Virus record (IMG/VR): IMGVR_UViG_3300028920_000044
Location: 45,195 to 109,194 of that record
DNA: 64,000 bases
Strand: one strand, 5' to 3'
From: a virus
The translations under genes were made by a program, and so were the position numbers. Below the pieces are notes generated by a model. The model made no database searches and was not told the origin of the DNA. It saw only the letters and a list, made by a program, of their open reading frames with translations. Within the stretch, counting starts at the first letter, position 1, and each line of letters starts with the position of its first letter. Shown one piece after another: positions 31,683 through 40,868 of this stretch.

Positions 31683-31683
31683 T

Positions 31684-32673
31684 TTAATACATCTTTGGTA
31701 TCGCCTTTGTATCGAAGTCTACCTTATTCAGATATTTAATCATTGCTGCTTCGACAGTTTTATGTAACTTGTCTGAAATCATAGCAGTCCTTGGAAACAA
31801 CCCTGAAGGATATCTAGCTAGAACAATGAATCCAATAAAAAGATCTAATGAACCTATAAGACTGTAAAACCCTGATGTTGAAAGTATTTTTAAAAGATTC
31901 ATAATAATATTATTAGGGCTACCTGTATAAATCTTGAAATCAACTAATAGTTTTCCTACATCTTGTATTGTACTGTATTTAGATGTCGCCTCTAATTTAG
32001 GCACCATTTCATTTAAAACTTCTTGATCGACAATTTTAGTGTAATTTCTTTTAAGGAAACTAATAGCAGATAGATGTCGCTGTTGTAGATAATGACGGTG
32101 AAATATATAGATACAAACTATCTTGATCACCTCTTTTTGCTTATCATTGTATACAGCGCCCTTTCCTAACGATCTTAGAAATATTTGATTTAAGTAAAGT
32201 ACTAGATTTCTATGGAGTTCTTTATCTTTCTGAATCTCATCTTTATGTGATAGAACTCCAGCTCGTATAAGGCTGTAGTATACAGCATAAATACAATCGT
32301 CAATTCTTTGGGTTTCCCCTGTATTTAAATCAATTTCTAGATCACTTGAATCTATAACAATCCCAGCAACTTTATCCGTCTTGTTTAATAAAAGTCTACT
32401 GAATATAGCGGGTGTCTTTGATTTAGATATCCCTATAAATACTAACCCTTTATTAAACACAAAATCAACCATTCGTTTAACGTTATTACCGGATAGCTTT
32501 GACAAGAATAATTTAAAATCTTCATTGAATCTTACATAAATTTTTTTATTTTCTTCATCCTTATCAAACCAAACGATATTAAATTCTTCTCTTTTTAAAG
32601 CATTATTGACCGGGGAAAAAGCGTAATGCTGAACCGGAAAGCTGTTAGTCAACTTCTTGGATGGTTTTATCAT
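31684..32673 (-). CDS. Hypothetical protein (329 aa)
   Basis: Long ORF, AAGGAG RBS. Confidence 0.75.
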   Translation of the reverse strand: MIKPSKKLTNSFPVQHYAFSPVNNALKREEFNIVWFDKDEENKKIYVRFNEDFKLFLSKLSGNNVKRMVDFVFNKGLVFIGISKSKTPAIFSRLLLNKTDKVAGIVIDSSDLEIDLNTGETQRIDDCIYAVYYSLIRAGVLSHKDEIQKDKELHRNLVLYLNQIFLRSLGKGAVYNDKQKEVIKIVCIYIFHRHYLQQRHLSAISFLKRNYTKIVDQEVLNEMVPKLEATSKYSTIQDVGKLLVDFKIYTGSPNNIIMNLLKILSTSGFYSLIGSLDLFIGFIVLARYPSGLFPRTAMISDKLHKTVEAAMIKYLNKVDFDTKAIPKMY

Positions 32674-32738
32674 CGAACAGACTCCTTTTAGTTTTTAATA
32701 TTTACCAATAATATATAGAAATATTACTAATGAGTTAC

Positions 32739-33080
32739 CTAGTAACTTAATAGACTTTCTATTTGGTACCGATAAGGTGCTATTATAAGTCTGTCGACGA
32801 ATCTTTCAGGAACAAACTCAAAAATAGACTTTACATTGTTTACTATAAGAATGACTTGATAAATGTATGGTTCACCATATTGATCATTACAAAACACCTC
32901 AGGCCGCATGAACCATTTCTCAATATTAAATATTATGTAGTCAGAATTGTCTTGAAGAATTTCAATGTTATTAAAAAATACATTCTGATGTATTGGCTTT
33001 TTGAATTCATTAATCATCCTAGTTTTGATACTCGGGAAAGATCTAAAGTATTTGAGTAAATCAGTTTCTTGGTTTTCCAT
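32739..33080 (-). CDS. Baseplate wedge T4 gp53-like (LysM-like)
   Basis: RPEVFCNDQYGEPYIYQVILIVNNV matches RPE.....YG......IL..N. Confidence 0.7.
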   Translation of the reverse strand: MENQETDLLKYFRSFPSIKTRMINEFKKPIHQNVFFNNIEILQDNSDYIIFNIEKWFMRPEVFCNDQYGEPYIYQVILIVNNVKSIFEFVPERFVDRLIIAPYRYQIESLLSY

Positions 33081-33112
33081 TTTATTTTACCTTATTAACC
33101 AGAAAGGAGAGA

Positions 33113-34366
33113 GTGGCTATGGTAAGTGAAGAGTTAGCAAAAAACAGTATGCCGTTAAATGATGTTGTAAATGATCTAATGGTTTTCAATTGTGTGTTAC
33201 AAACGGCAGGTGACCAGTTTGCTTTAAAGAGAGGTGGCGTCGCTATCCCTTATGTCATCAGCCAACCTGGTGCTGGTAAAACAGCATCATTTGTAGATCT
33301 TTGTATGCGTCTGGGATGGGGATTAATCGTCGTACATCTTGCTATGAAACCTATAGAAGAACTCGGCGGTATTCCAGACTTTAGAGACATTGAAATCAAT
33401 GGAGAGAAGTTTCCAGGTACGGTATGGTCTATTCCTGACCTAATCGGACAATTATACCAAATGGAAGCAAAGAACCTCCCCGGTGTGTTTTTATGTTTCG
33501 ATGATATCCACCTTTGTGGTTCAACATATCTAGGATTAATGCAAGAGTTCTTTACAGAAAGAACTATGCGTGGATACAAAGTCCCAGACAGTGTTGCAAT
33601 TTGTCTGTTTGGTAACAGCACAAATAAAGCGGGTGCTAAAGTTCTTTCATCTGCAATAACAAATAGATGTTGTATGTTACCCATTGTAGCAGATTATGAA
33701 TCATGGAGAAAGAATTTTGCACTTGGTAACTTAGCAGAAACCCCAAAGTTGGGATTTGACCCTGCGAAACTTAGATTGTTAGCCCAACAAATTACTCGAG
33801 TTCACCCTGCAGTTACTTCGTTCTTAGGAAGAGATAGCTATGCTAAATTCTTTCATGAAGAAGAACAAGTGGACTCTCCTTGGGCCAGTCCTCGATCTTG
33901 GACTAGATTTTCTAATTGGCTTTTTGCCTATGAGCTTGTCCATGGAAGAATCATGGAGGATCATTACGCATTATATTTGGGAACTGGGCATGTTGGGAAA
34001 GAAGCAGCTAGCGAGTTTGTGAAATATTATAAGATCTTTTCGAAGTTTGATATTCCACATATACTCAATACTGTTGATGCTTACATACTTCCTACATCAC
34101 CAGTTGATCAATATGCGTTAGCATATGCGGTTACAAGTCACTACTGTAATGATAAGAACCGCAAGAATATTGTTGGAAGCTTCGCTAAATTTATTCTCAA
34201 ATATTTTGATAACCTACCAGATTTAGCATTAATGGTCGTAAGAGAAATTCTTGATACTGAGAATATCGTCAACAAGAGAACTCTCTATATTGATCTCACA
34301 ACAGAATTAAACGCTCTACGTCCTGGCGTAACGTATAATCTTCTCAAAGATGTAAATGATGCGTAA
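33113..34366 (+). CDS. MoxR-like AAA+ ATPase
   Basis: SQPGAGKT Walker A, LGGIP, LCFDD Walker B, LSSAITNR, SPRSW. Confidence 0.85.
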   Translation: MAMVSEELAKNSMPLNDVVNDLMVFNCVLQTAGDQFALKRGGVAIPYVISQPGAGKTASFVDLCMRLGWGLIVVHLAMKPIEELGGIPDFRDIEINGEKFPGTVWSIPDLIGQLYQMEAKNLPGVFLCFDDIHLCGSTYLGLMQEFFTERTMRGYKVPDSVAICLFGNSTNKAGAKVLSSAITNRCCMLPIVADYESWRKNFALGNLAETPKLGFDPAKLRLLAQQITRVHPAVTSFLGRDSYAKFFHEEEQVDSPWASPRSWTRFSNWLFAYELVHGRIMEDHYALYLGTGHVGKEAASEFVKYYKIFSKFDIPHILNTVDAYILPTSPVDQYALAYAVTSHYCNDKNRKNIVGSFAKFILKYFDNLPDLALMVVREILDTENIVNKRTLYIDLTTELNALRPGVTYNLLKDVNDA

Positions 34367-34375
34367 GGAGAATTT

Positions 34376-35725
34376 ATGAACCCACTTGTCGCTAAGAAAG
34401 TACAGAACGCACGAATAAAGTTATTTAAAAAATCTGACGGTCTGAATTTCTTTGGTGCATGTTCTTATATGTTTGACTGGGACATTCATTCAATGCCCGG
34501 GAGAAACGCAGAAGGATATGTACTATTCAACAAAGATACTTTTAAACATGAGGATGGAACTATCCATGTTAACCTAGATATGGTCATGCTAGACAATTAT
34601 ACTCATATAAATTTAGCATACATTGTGTGTCATGAATTACTCCACATACTTGGAAAACACGGTGTCAGAAAAGGTCAAAGAGACCATGACATCTGGTGTG
34701 TAGCTTGTGACCATACAGTTGAACGAGACCTGAAAGCATTAGCAACCTCTATCGTACCTTATGATAATTCATATCATATGTTCGATGAATTACATAGATT
34801 GAAAAATAATTGCACAGTCGAATTTGCCTACGATTGGATCCAGAAACAAATCAAATTAGGAAACATTAAAGTAATCAGAATTCCAGGGGGAATGATTGGT
34901 GTCAGTGGATCCGGCGGTGACTTCTTTGTCAACCCTCAAGTCGGTGGAGTCGATCAAGATAAAATTAAAAGTAATGATCAAAAGATAATTTTAACAAATG
35001 AAAAGATTGTTGCTGAAGCTCGAGCTTTACATCAAACGATGAAAGCGAAAGGTAATCAGAGTGGAAATCTGACTTCATATTTAGATAAACTACTCGCAGT
35101 GAAAATCCCTTGGGATGTTTTATTAGAAAAAGCGATCAAAACAAATGTCATACTTAAACCTAATGAACGAACATGGAGAAATCCTAACAAGTACTTTCGA
35201 GCATTAGGTTATATTCTACCCGGTACATCTTCAACAGAAGACCGAGAAGGAGTAGGTGTGATCATCTATGCAACCGATAGTTCCGGTTCAATGTCAGATG
35301 AAGAATTGAAGAAGTGCTCTAGTGTAACAGATCAAAGCTTTCAATTCTTTCGAGAGGTTTGGTTGTATGTGCATGACACGACAGTTAAACAGAGGAAGAT
35401 ATTTACAAAAGATGATCGTTACATGTTCATGAAATTCCTAAAGAACGAAGGTTATAAAGGAAGAGGTGGAACAAGTCACGAGGATGTATTTGAAAAGATC
35501 CAAAAACAAGCATGGGAGAACGATCAAGTTAAGAACGATTTATCTATGGTAATATGCCTAACTGATGGTTGTTCTGATATTGAAACAATGATTAAGAAAA
35601 AAGAATATCGATGGTTAAAGACAATACCAACCGTATTCGTTATATCAGGAGGGTATAACCTAAACATCGAGCAAGACAACATTAAAGTAATTTATATGGA
35701 CGGTAGAGATCCAGGTGAGGATTGA
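34376..35725 (+). CDS. Metallopeptidase-vWA protein (DUF2201-like)
   Basis: VCHELLH..H..R..R; DSSGSM MIDAS; GRGGT; LTDG. Confidence 0.85.
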   Translation: MNPLVAKKVQNARIKLFKKSDGLNFFGACSYMFDWDIHSMPGRNAEGYVLFNKDTFKHEDGTIHVNLDMVMLDNYTHINLAYIVCHELLHILGKHGVRKGQRDHDIWCVACDHTVERDLKALATSIVPYDNSYHMFDELHRLKNNCTVEFAYDWIQKQIKLGNIKVIRIPGGMIGVSGSGGDFFVNPQVGGVDQDKIKSNDQKIILTNEKIVAEARALHQTMKAKGNQSGNLTSYLDKLLAVKIPWDVLLEKAIKTNVILKPNERTWRNPNKYFRALGYILPGTSSTEDREGVGVIIYATDSSGSMSDEELKKCSSVTDQSFQFFREVWLYVHDTTVKQRKIFTKDDRYMFMKFLKNEGYKGRGGTSHEDVFEKIQKQAWENDQVKNDLSMVICLTDGCSDIETMIKKKEYRWLKTIPTVFVISGGYNLNIEQDNIKVIYMDGRDPGED

Positions 35726-35744
35726 TATTGTCCGTGATAACAAC

Positions 35745-35793
35745 GGTGGCCGAACACTGGTTAATTCCGGTGCTCGGCCTCCATTATTTTTTT
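35745..35793 (+). terminator. Intrinsic terminator between convergent genes
   Basis: GGTGGCCGAACACTGG/CCGGTGCTCGGCCTCC stem followed by T-run. Confidence 0.7.
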
Positions 35794-35808
35794 TATGTAT
35801 ATATAGGT

Positions 35809-36033
35809 TTAACGTTTGCGCAAAGTATATCGCGGAACCTTATAACCCAACTTACCGCTAGGTAGTCTTTTAGGTTTATACCTATTATAAAGTCTACCTT
35901 GTTGTTCGACCTTCTTTTCAGACTCTTTAGGATTCAAAGGTTTAATCTTTGATCCTTTTTTTGCTATGTTTGTTGAAAGAGAAGGTATAGCTTTTGGATT
36001 TCCTCTTAGAGCAAATTCTAGTATTGATATCAT
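35809..36033 (-). CDS. Small basic protein (MISILE tag)
   Basis: Same start as 54118..54309; K/R-rich. Confidence 0.65.
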   Translation of the reverse strand: MISILEFALRGNPKAIPSLSTNIAKKGSKIKPLNPKESEKKVEQQGRLYNRYKPKRLPSGKLGYKVPRYTLRKR

Positions 36034-36045
36034 TGTGCCCTCACT

Positions 36046-36261
36046 TTAAAGTAAGGCATCTAGTACATTAAATGCGTTATCTGCACTACGAGCTTCATTA
36101 GGATATTTGCTAGCTTCAGAAGAAGAGATATTGTGTTTCTTTAAAAACTTTTCATACGCGCGTCTTCCTTTTTTTCTAGCAATGAACATCTTTATCCTTC
36201 GTTTAATATTCGTCAGAATTCCCACTCTGATCGCTTCACGTATTATCTCTTCATTTTTCAT
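36046..36261 (-). CDS. Small basic protein
   Basis: Likely start MKNEEII within ORF 36046..36279. Confidence 0.55.
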   Translation of the reverse strand: MKNEEIIREAIRVGILTNIKRRIKMFIARKKGRRAYEKFLKKHNISSSEASKYPNEARSADNAFNVLDALL

Positions 36262-36278
36262 AATAACCCTAAGACACA

Positions 36279-36312
36279 ATGGGGCACATATATATAATCA
36301 TATGTACCCCAT
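36279..36312 (-). terminator. Hairpin after 36320..36646
   Basis: ATGGGGCACATAT/ATATGTACCCCAT stem, G-U on minus strand. Confidence 0.5.
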
Positions 36313-36319
36313 CATGTGT

Positions 36320-36631
36320 TTAAAGATAATCGTTAATTCCACCTTCTTGGAGAGCTTCTCCATCAGGAACCAACGCAGACTGGGCATGAACAGCTTCGTT
36401 GATGAAGGTCATTGTGGCAACCTCAGAGAATAAACGAATATTTTTGTAGGTCTCCGGCAGATTGGCGCCCACGAACTCATCAAAATGCTCAAGGACGAAA
36501 GCCTTCAGCGTTTTACCATAATCATAGGTAGCAGCAACAGCCTCTTCGATAAGGTCATTATTCTGCTCCACGAAAACCTGCATTTCTTCACTTTCCAGGA
36601 TAGTTTCTACATAACTCTTTTGTTCTGACAT
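36320..36631 (-). CDS. Acidic protein, possible head scaffold/core-like
   Basis: Start MSEQKSY after GGAGG; very Glu-rich. Confidence 0.6.
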   Translation of the reverse strand: MSEQKSYVETILESEEMQVFVEQNNDLIEEAVAATYDYGKTLKAFVLEHFDEFVGANLPETYKNIRLFSEVATMTFINEAVHAQSALVPDGEALQEGGINDYL

Positions 36632-36693
36632 TTGAAATTCCTCCAATTTATTTATTTGGTTGGTTGTTTAAATTGTTCTAATTATAAATACGA

Positions 36694-37364
36694 TTAACCA
36701 GGGGCTTGCTGACGCTTTCTACGAAGTTTGCTAAGGGCCCATCCACCTAAGAGAGCTCCACCAGCGGCTGCGGCCATTCCTGCAGGATTATCGTCCATAC
36801 CCTGACGAAGACCTTTAGACATTGCTCCCGCTTTTTCTGAAGCATATTCACCAGCAGCACCAATTTTCTTACCTGCTGCGCTGAATCCTTTTTGGGCTGT
36901 ACGTTCAAGAGATTTACCAAATCCTTCATCTCTAAATGCTTTCTCGGCACCTTCTCGACCACTTCTGGCACCCATCTTAACACCAGCAGCTCTAGCTTGA
37001 GTCATTTCTGCAGGACTATATCCACCACCAGCGCTAACCATTCCACGTTTAACTGAGTCTCTAGCGCCTCTATACCAATCGGCAGGATTATACCAAGCTT
37101 CGCGTAAGCCGTCACCAGCCCACCCAATTTGCCCCGACAAAAGGTGGGCTACTCTTTTTTTCCTTCAGGTTCTCCAACAGCTTCCATCAAGAACTTTCGA
37201 GAAGCATCAAAATCCGCTTCACTGATAAGTCCTTCTACCTCTGTACCCGGTTCACCTGTCTTTGTCTCCACTCCTTCTTGAATAACATCAGCGCCATCCG
37301 GTTCTTCCATGATGTTAGCCACGGACTCTTCGATAATCTTATTGACATCGTAACTCATATTCAC
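36694..37364 (-). CDS. Two ORFs (37149..37364 and 36694..~37155) probably joined by -1 ribosomal frameshift; acidic leader plus basic Gly/Ala-rich body
   Basis: A_AAA_AAA heptamer at 37161-37155, downstream ORF open in the -1 frame, 8-bp stem AGCCCACC/GGTGGGCT 4 nt downstream. Confidence 0.65.
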
Positions 37365-37398
37365 TTCCTCCTAGTTTCATTTATATGAACCTTGGTTA

Positions 37399-38040
37399 TT
37401 AAGCAGCGGCAGTAGCAGCTTTTCCTCTTTGTTTAAATCTATTCATAGTTGCTTTAGCCTCTCGCTTCTGACCACGTTTAATAACATGATCTGTACCCAT
37501 TTTAACAGATTTATCCCATACACCTTTAACATTGGTCATGCCTGCAGCAATAGCGGACTTAATACGATTTACAGCATTTCCACCCATTTTCTTAGCACCG
37601 GCATATCCTTTCGTCATCTTAGCACCCAGAGCTTTAGCTCCATATTTCGCTCTTGCTGACTTCAGAAATGCTCCAGCCTTCTTCTTACCACTCTTGAAAG
37701 ATTTACCAAGATCATCCATTCTATCCCTAAAAGATTTTTTACCACTGTATCCTCTTGGCACCTGATGTACTCCTTTAGCTTCAAGCATTAAATTCTCGTA
37801 AAAAGAAGCAGAGTAAGCCATGTAAGGAGCAAGTACTGTTGACAGATGTTCTTCAAACACTTCATCAACATTGTCAGATTCAAGCATTTCGATATATTTC
37901 TCGATTGCTTTTTCTACATATTCACCTTCATACATAGATGCATCAATTATAGCACCTTCGAGAACTTGATCTAACATAATTTCATCTTCGTTCTCAACAA
38001 ACAAAACCAATTCGGTATTATCTTTAAACATTTTAATCAT
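37399..38040 (-). CDS. Acidic-leader/basic-body protein (putative internal head protein)
   Basis: About 85 aa D/E-rich ending ENLMLE, then K/G/A-rich. Confidence 0.65.
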   Translation of the reverse strand: MIKMFKDNTELVLFVENEDEIMLDQVLEGAIIDASMYEGEYVEKAIEKYIEMLESDNVDEVFEEHLSTVLAPYMAYSASFYENLMLEAKGVHQVPRGYSGKKSFRDRMDDLGKSFKSGKKKAGAFLKSARAKYGAKALGAKMTKGYAGAKKMGGNAVNRIKSAIAAGMTNVKGVWDKSVKMGTDHVIKRGQKREAKATMNRFKQRGKAATAAA

Positions 38041-38057
38041 CCTCCATTGAATTTAAG

Positions 38058-38777
38058 TTATCTTAATTTTTTTGCCGTGAACAATAACGCTTTACCTCTA
38101 GCACTTCGACGTATCCCTTTTCTTTTTAAAGCTCTTTTATTTTGTACAGCCTCTTTAAGTTTAGCTCTCTTATTCTTCATATCAGTACTGTTAACTAACT
38201 TCTCATATGCTTTCTCTGATTTTTTATGTTGTTTGTAAGCCGCCTTATGTGCTTTAACTGCAGCCTTTAATTTTACTCCAACATACTTTTTAAGCTTCTT
38301 TACTGGTTTACTTGATTTAATCTTTTTACCTATTGAATCTTTAATAGCCTTCTTTATATTAATAATACCAAGTTTTCTTTTAATAATATTAGACTTCGAT
38401 AATTTCTTGATATCTTCTTTGGCTATTTTTTTCGCCTTTTGTCCATCAATCTTTGACTTCTTCTTCTTAATTTTAGGGACATTGGCTTTAGTATTTTTGT
38501 AATCATCGGCTGATGCCGAATGCTTATTAACTATGCTAGCTACTTTCTTCGCCATTCCTTGATCATCAATCTCTTCATTCCAATTTTTCTCGAACAATAT
38601 CGATTCAAAAAATAAAAGATTTTGAGACAGATATAAATCAAGTCTTTCAAACACAAACGATTCTAACTTAGTACCATCATCAGCACTATTAGCATATTTT
38701 TCAAGAGCTGTAATAACATCATCATTTTCGTAAAAAACAAGATCACTAAGAGACTGTTTTAATAGAAATTCTAACAT
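38058..38777 (-). CDS. Acidic-leader/Lys-rich protein (putative DNA-binding head protein)
   Basis: Leader ends FESILFE; histone-like Lys-rich remainder. Confidence 0.65.
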   Translation of the reverse strand: MLEFLLKQSLSDLVFYENDDVITALEKYANSADDGTKLESFVFERLDLYLSQNLLFFESILFEKNWNEEIDDQGMAKKVASIVNKHSASADDYKNTKANVPKIKKKKSKIDGQKAKKIAKEDIKKLSKSNIIKRKLGIINIKKAIKDSIGKKIKSSKPVKKLKKYVGVKLKAAVKAHKAAYKQHKKSEKAYEKLVNSTDMKNKRAKLKEAVQNKRALKRKGIRRSARGKALLFTAKKLR

Positions 38778-38791
38778 AGTAAGTTCCTTAA

Positions 38792-39472
38792 TTACACATA
38801 CTTATAAGTTTGCCCAATTGCATGCTCGTCTTTTTCTCTCTGCTTTCGTGCTGCTCTAACTGCACCAGGCTTATCAAGAAATCTTTGTCCTGAAGACTTA
38901 AGGTATTTCGACTGCAACTTTCTTCCACCACCAACAAGTCCTGCTCCTGCAGCTCCTGCAGCTTGAGCGCCACCTCTTAATAAACTTCCAGCAGCTTTCC
39001 CATAAAGACCAGTTTGAACATAAGCCTTAGCTCGTTTCAAACTTGTTCCTGTGTTTTTAAGTCTATCTTTCGCCCATCCTAGCTTTTGATCTGCATTTTT
39101 ATTCAACGTCTTACTTTGTGCTATTCTCTTTGTTCCAATTCGTTTTAACCTTCTAGCTCGCCACATACTTAACTCTATTATATTACCATATATAGCGGGA
39201 TAGTTAGAGTATTTCTGTTCTTCTAAAACTTTAGTGATTGCATAATTAAGTAATGAACCCTCGGTAAATATGCTAGCAGGATCAGTATCATCATAGATAG
39301 AAGCATTCTTTACTATATATCCACTGATTGCTTCAACAATAGCTTCTTTGTGTTTTGAGGTTAGTTTTCCTTCGATCATGGAAATGAACTCATCACCTAA
39401 GTATACACATCCATCCATAATCGACTCATACATAATTTGCTCATGTAATGGGTAATTGTTTTCCATAATCAT
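38792..39472 (-). CDS. Acidic-leader/basic-body protein
   Basis: Leader ends NIIE; K/R/G/A-rich remainder. Confidence 0.65.
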   Translation of the reverse strand: MIMENNYPLHEQIMYESIMDGCVYLGDEFISMIEGKLTSKHKEAIVEAISGYIVKNASIYDDTDPASIFTEGSLLNYAITKVLEEQKYSNYPAIYGNIIELSMWRARRLKRIGTKRIAQSKTLNKNADQKLGWAKDRLKNTGTSLKRAKAYVQTGLYGKAAGSLLRGGAQAAGAAGAGLVGGGRKLQSKYLKSSGQRFLDKPGAVRAARKQREKDEHAIGQTYKYV

Positions 39473-39475
39473 TCC

Positions 39476-39688
39476 TTATTTAGGTCTACCGTCTATCACT
39501 TCAGTCGGTACTATATCCTCAAAGTATTTATTTACTCGATCAACTTGTCGTTCCTCATCAGTTGCAAGCCAGTCTTTCTTTATAGGTTCCTTAACCCAAC
39601 CTTCATTAAGACGTCTTAATCGTTTAGCTACACCTAAAGCACCCAATCCTGCTGTTATACCAACTATCTCCATTTCGTTTAACGCCAT
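39476..39688 (-). CDS. GITAGLGA-family small membrane peptide
   Basis: GITAGLGALGVAKRLRR. Confidence 0.65.
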   Translation of the reverse strand: MALNEMEIVGITAGLGALGVAKRLRRLNEGWVKEPIKKDWLATDEERQVDRVNKYFEDIVPTEVIDGRPK

Positions 39689-39702
39689 GTTTTGTCTCTC
39701 CT

Positions 39703-39972
39703 TTATATTACAGTGCCTATAGCTCCAGCAGCAGCTCCAGCAGCAGTAGATATCGCTAAATCTCTACGAGATTTCTTTTTCTCTTCTGGAGTTTTCTTAT
39801 GTTTAGATTGAGTTAATTTAGATGCTGCTGCACCACTAAGACCCCATACGGTTGCTTGTTTTAGAGCTGCTTTAGCACCACCACCTTTTACAGCAGCATG
39901 TAAAGCATTCTTTAATTGTTTGACTGGTATGTCGTCTATATTAATTTCAAATAAATGTGCAACAGGTATCAT
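39703..39972 (-). CDS. MIxISxLFE-tag protein, Gly/Ala-rich
   Basis: Start re-called to MIPVAHLFE (AAGGA upstream). Confidence 0.65.
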   Translation of the reverse strand: MIPVAHLFEINIDDIPVKQLKNALHAAVKGGGAKAALKQATVWGLSGAAASKLTQSKHKKTPEEKKKSRRDLAISTAAGAAAGAIGTVI

Positions 39973-39976
39973 TATA

Positions 39977-40123
39977 TCAGTCCTTGTCACTTGCCTGTTT
40001 ACTTTCAACAATTTTTTCTTGATTAGAAGGGGTATCGCTCGTTTCTTGAACCCTTCGTAGTTTCTTAGCGAAATTCATCGCTCCTAATCCTGCTGTTATT
40101 CCGGTTAATTCTATGTTTGTCAT
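39977..40123 (-). CDS. GITAGLGA-family small peptide (48 aa), not in ORF track
   Basis: MTNIELTGITAGLGAMNFAKKLRRVQETSDTPSNQEKIVESKQASDKD; GGAGAGG RBS. Confidence 0.7.
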   Translation of the reverse strand: MTNIELTGITAGLGAMNFAKKLRRVQETSDTPSNQEKIVESKQASDKD

Positions 40124-40139
40124 ACCGCCTCCTCCATTA

Positions 40140-40868
40140 TTATTTCTTTGCTATTGTTGGTTTCCCAGCTTTAGCTTTCTTCCAATCGTCATATCTATTC
40201 TTTGCTCCAGCAGCTTTAAGACCTTTCGCTGCCGTGCGATTTACATGATATGCTCCCTTTGCACTATGCAATGTAGTTCTAATTCTATTCATTACTCCTG
40301 ACTTATCTATTGCATTTCCCATTTTCGCAGTAGCCCCAGATGCCGCTTTAGTACTCGATACCATAGCTTTACCAGCTTTCTTCATGGTCTTCTTTGCTTT
40401 ATCCATACGCCAATCAGCAAATTGTTGTCCTCTTTTCTTGCCTAACCCTTTCATAATCCCTCTTCTAAGAGCACCACCAACTCGCATAGGAGCTCTTAAC
40501 ACAGCCCCAAGTTTACCACGTAACCGATTAGGATCTTGTAAACCTTTAGATAAATCCCTTCTTGCTTGATACAGAACTTGCCCCGCTTTTTTTGAATATT
40601 CTTTTCCAGCTTTACCATAATCAACAAGTTCATTAATAATAGATTGTCCTGTTTCTACAACAATATTAGCTTCATTTATATTCTCAATTATAGCATGACC
40701 AGTTAAATAATCACTATAATCACAAAAAAATTCAATTAATTCATTGTCTTCACTAGATCCAATAAGATATCCAGCATCCTCATACATTGCTTCAGCAAAT
40801 TCAATATCTTCTTGAAGTATGACTCGATTCATTCCTAAAGAAATTGCAGCCGTTAGCTGTTGGCTCAT
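40140..40868 (-). CDS. Acidic-leader/basic-body protein
   Basis: Leader ends SIINE; K/R/G/A-rich remainder. Confidence 0.65.
   Translation of the reverse strand: MSQQLTAAISLGMNRVILQEDIEFAEAMYEDAGYLIGSSEDNELIEFFCDYSDYLTGHAIIENINEANIVVETGQSIINELVDYGKAGKEYSKKAGQVLYQARRDLSKGLQDPNRLRGKLGAVLRAPMRVGGALRRGIMKGLGKKRGQQFADWRMDKAKKTMKKAGKAMVSSTKAASGATAKMGNAIDKSGVMNRIRTTLHSAKGAYHVNRTAAKGLKAAGAKNRYDDWKKAKAGKPTIAKK

Noticed and set aside
39703-40123. Second frameshift fusion at the A-run near 40012-40020
   Set aside because: Would need a +1 shift, no stimulator seen, and the downstream gene has its own RBS and tagged start
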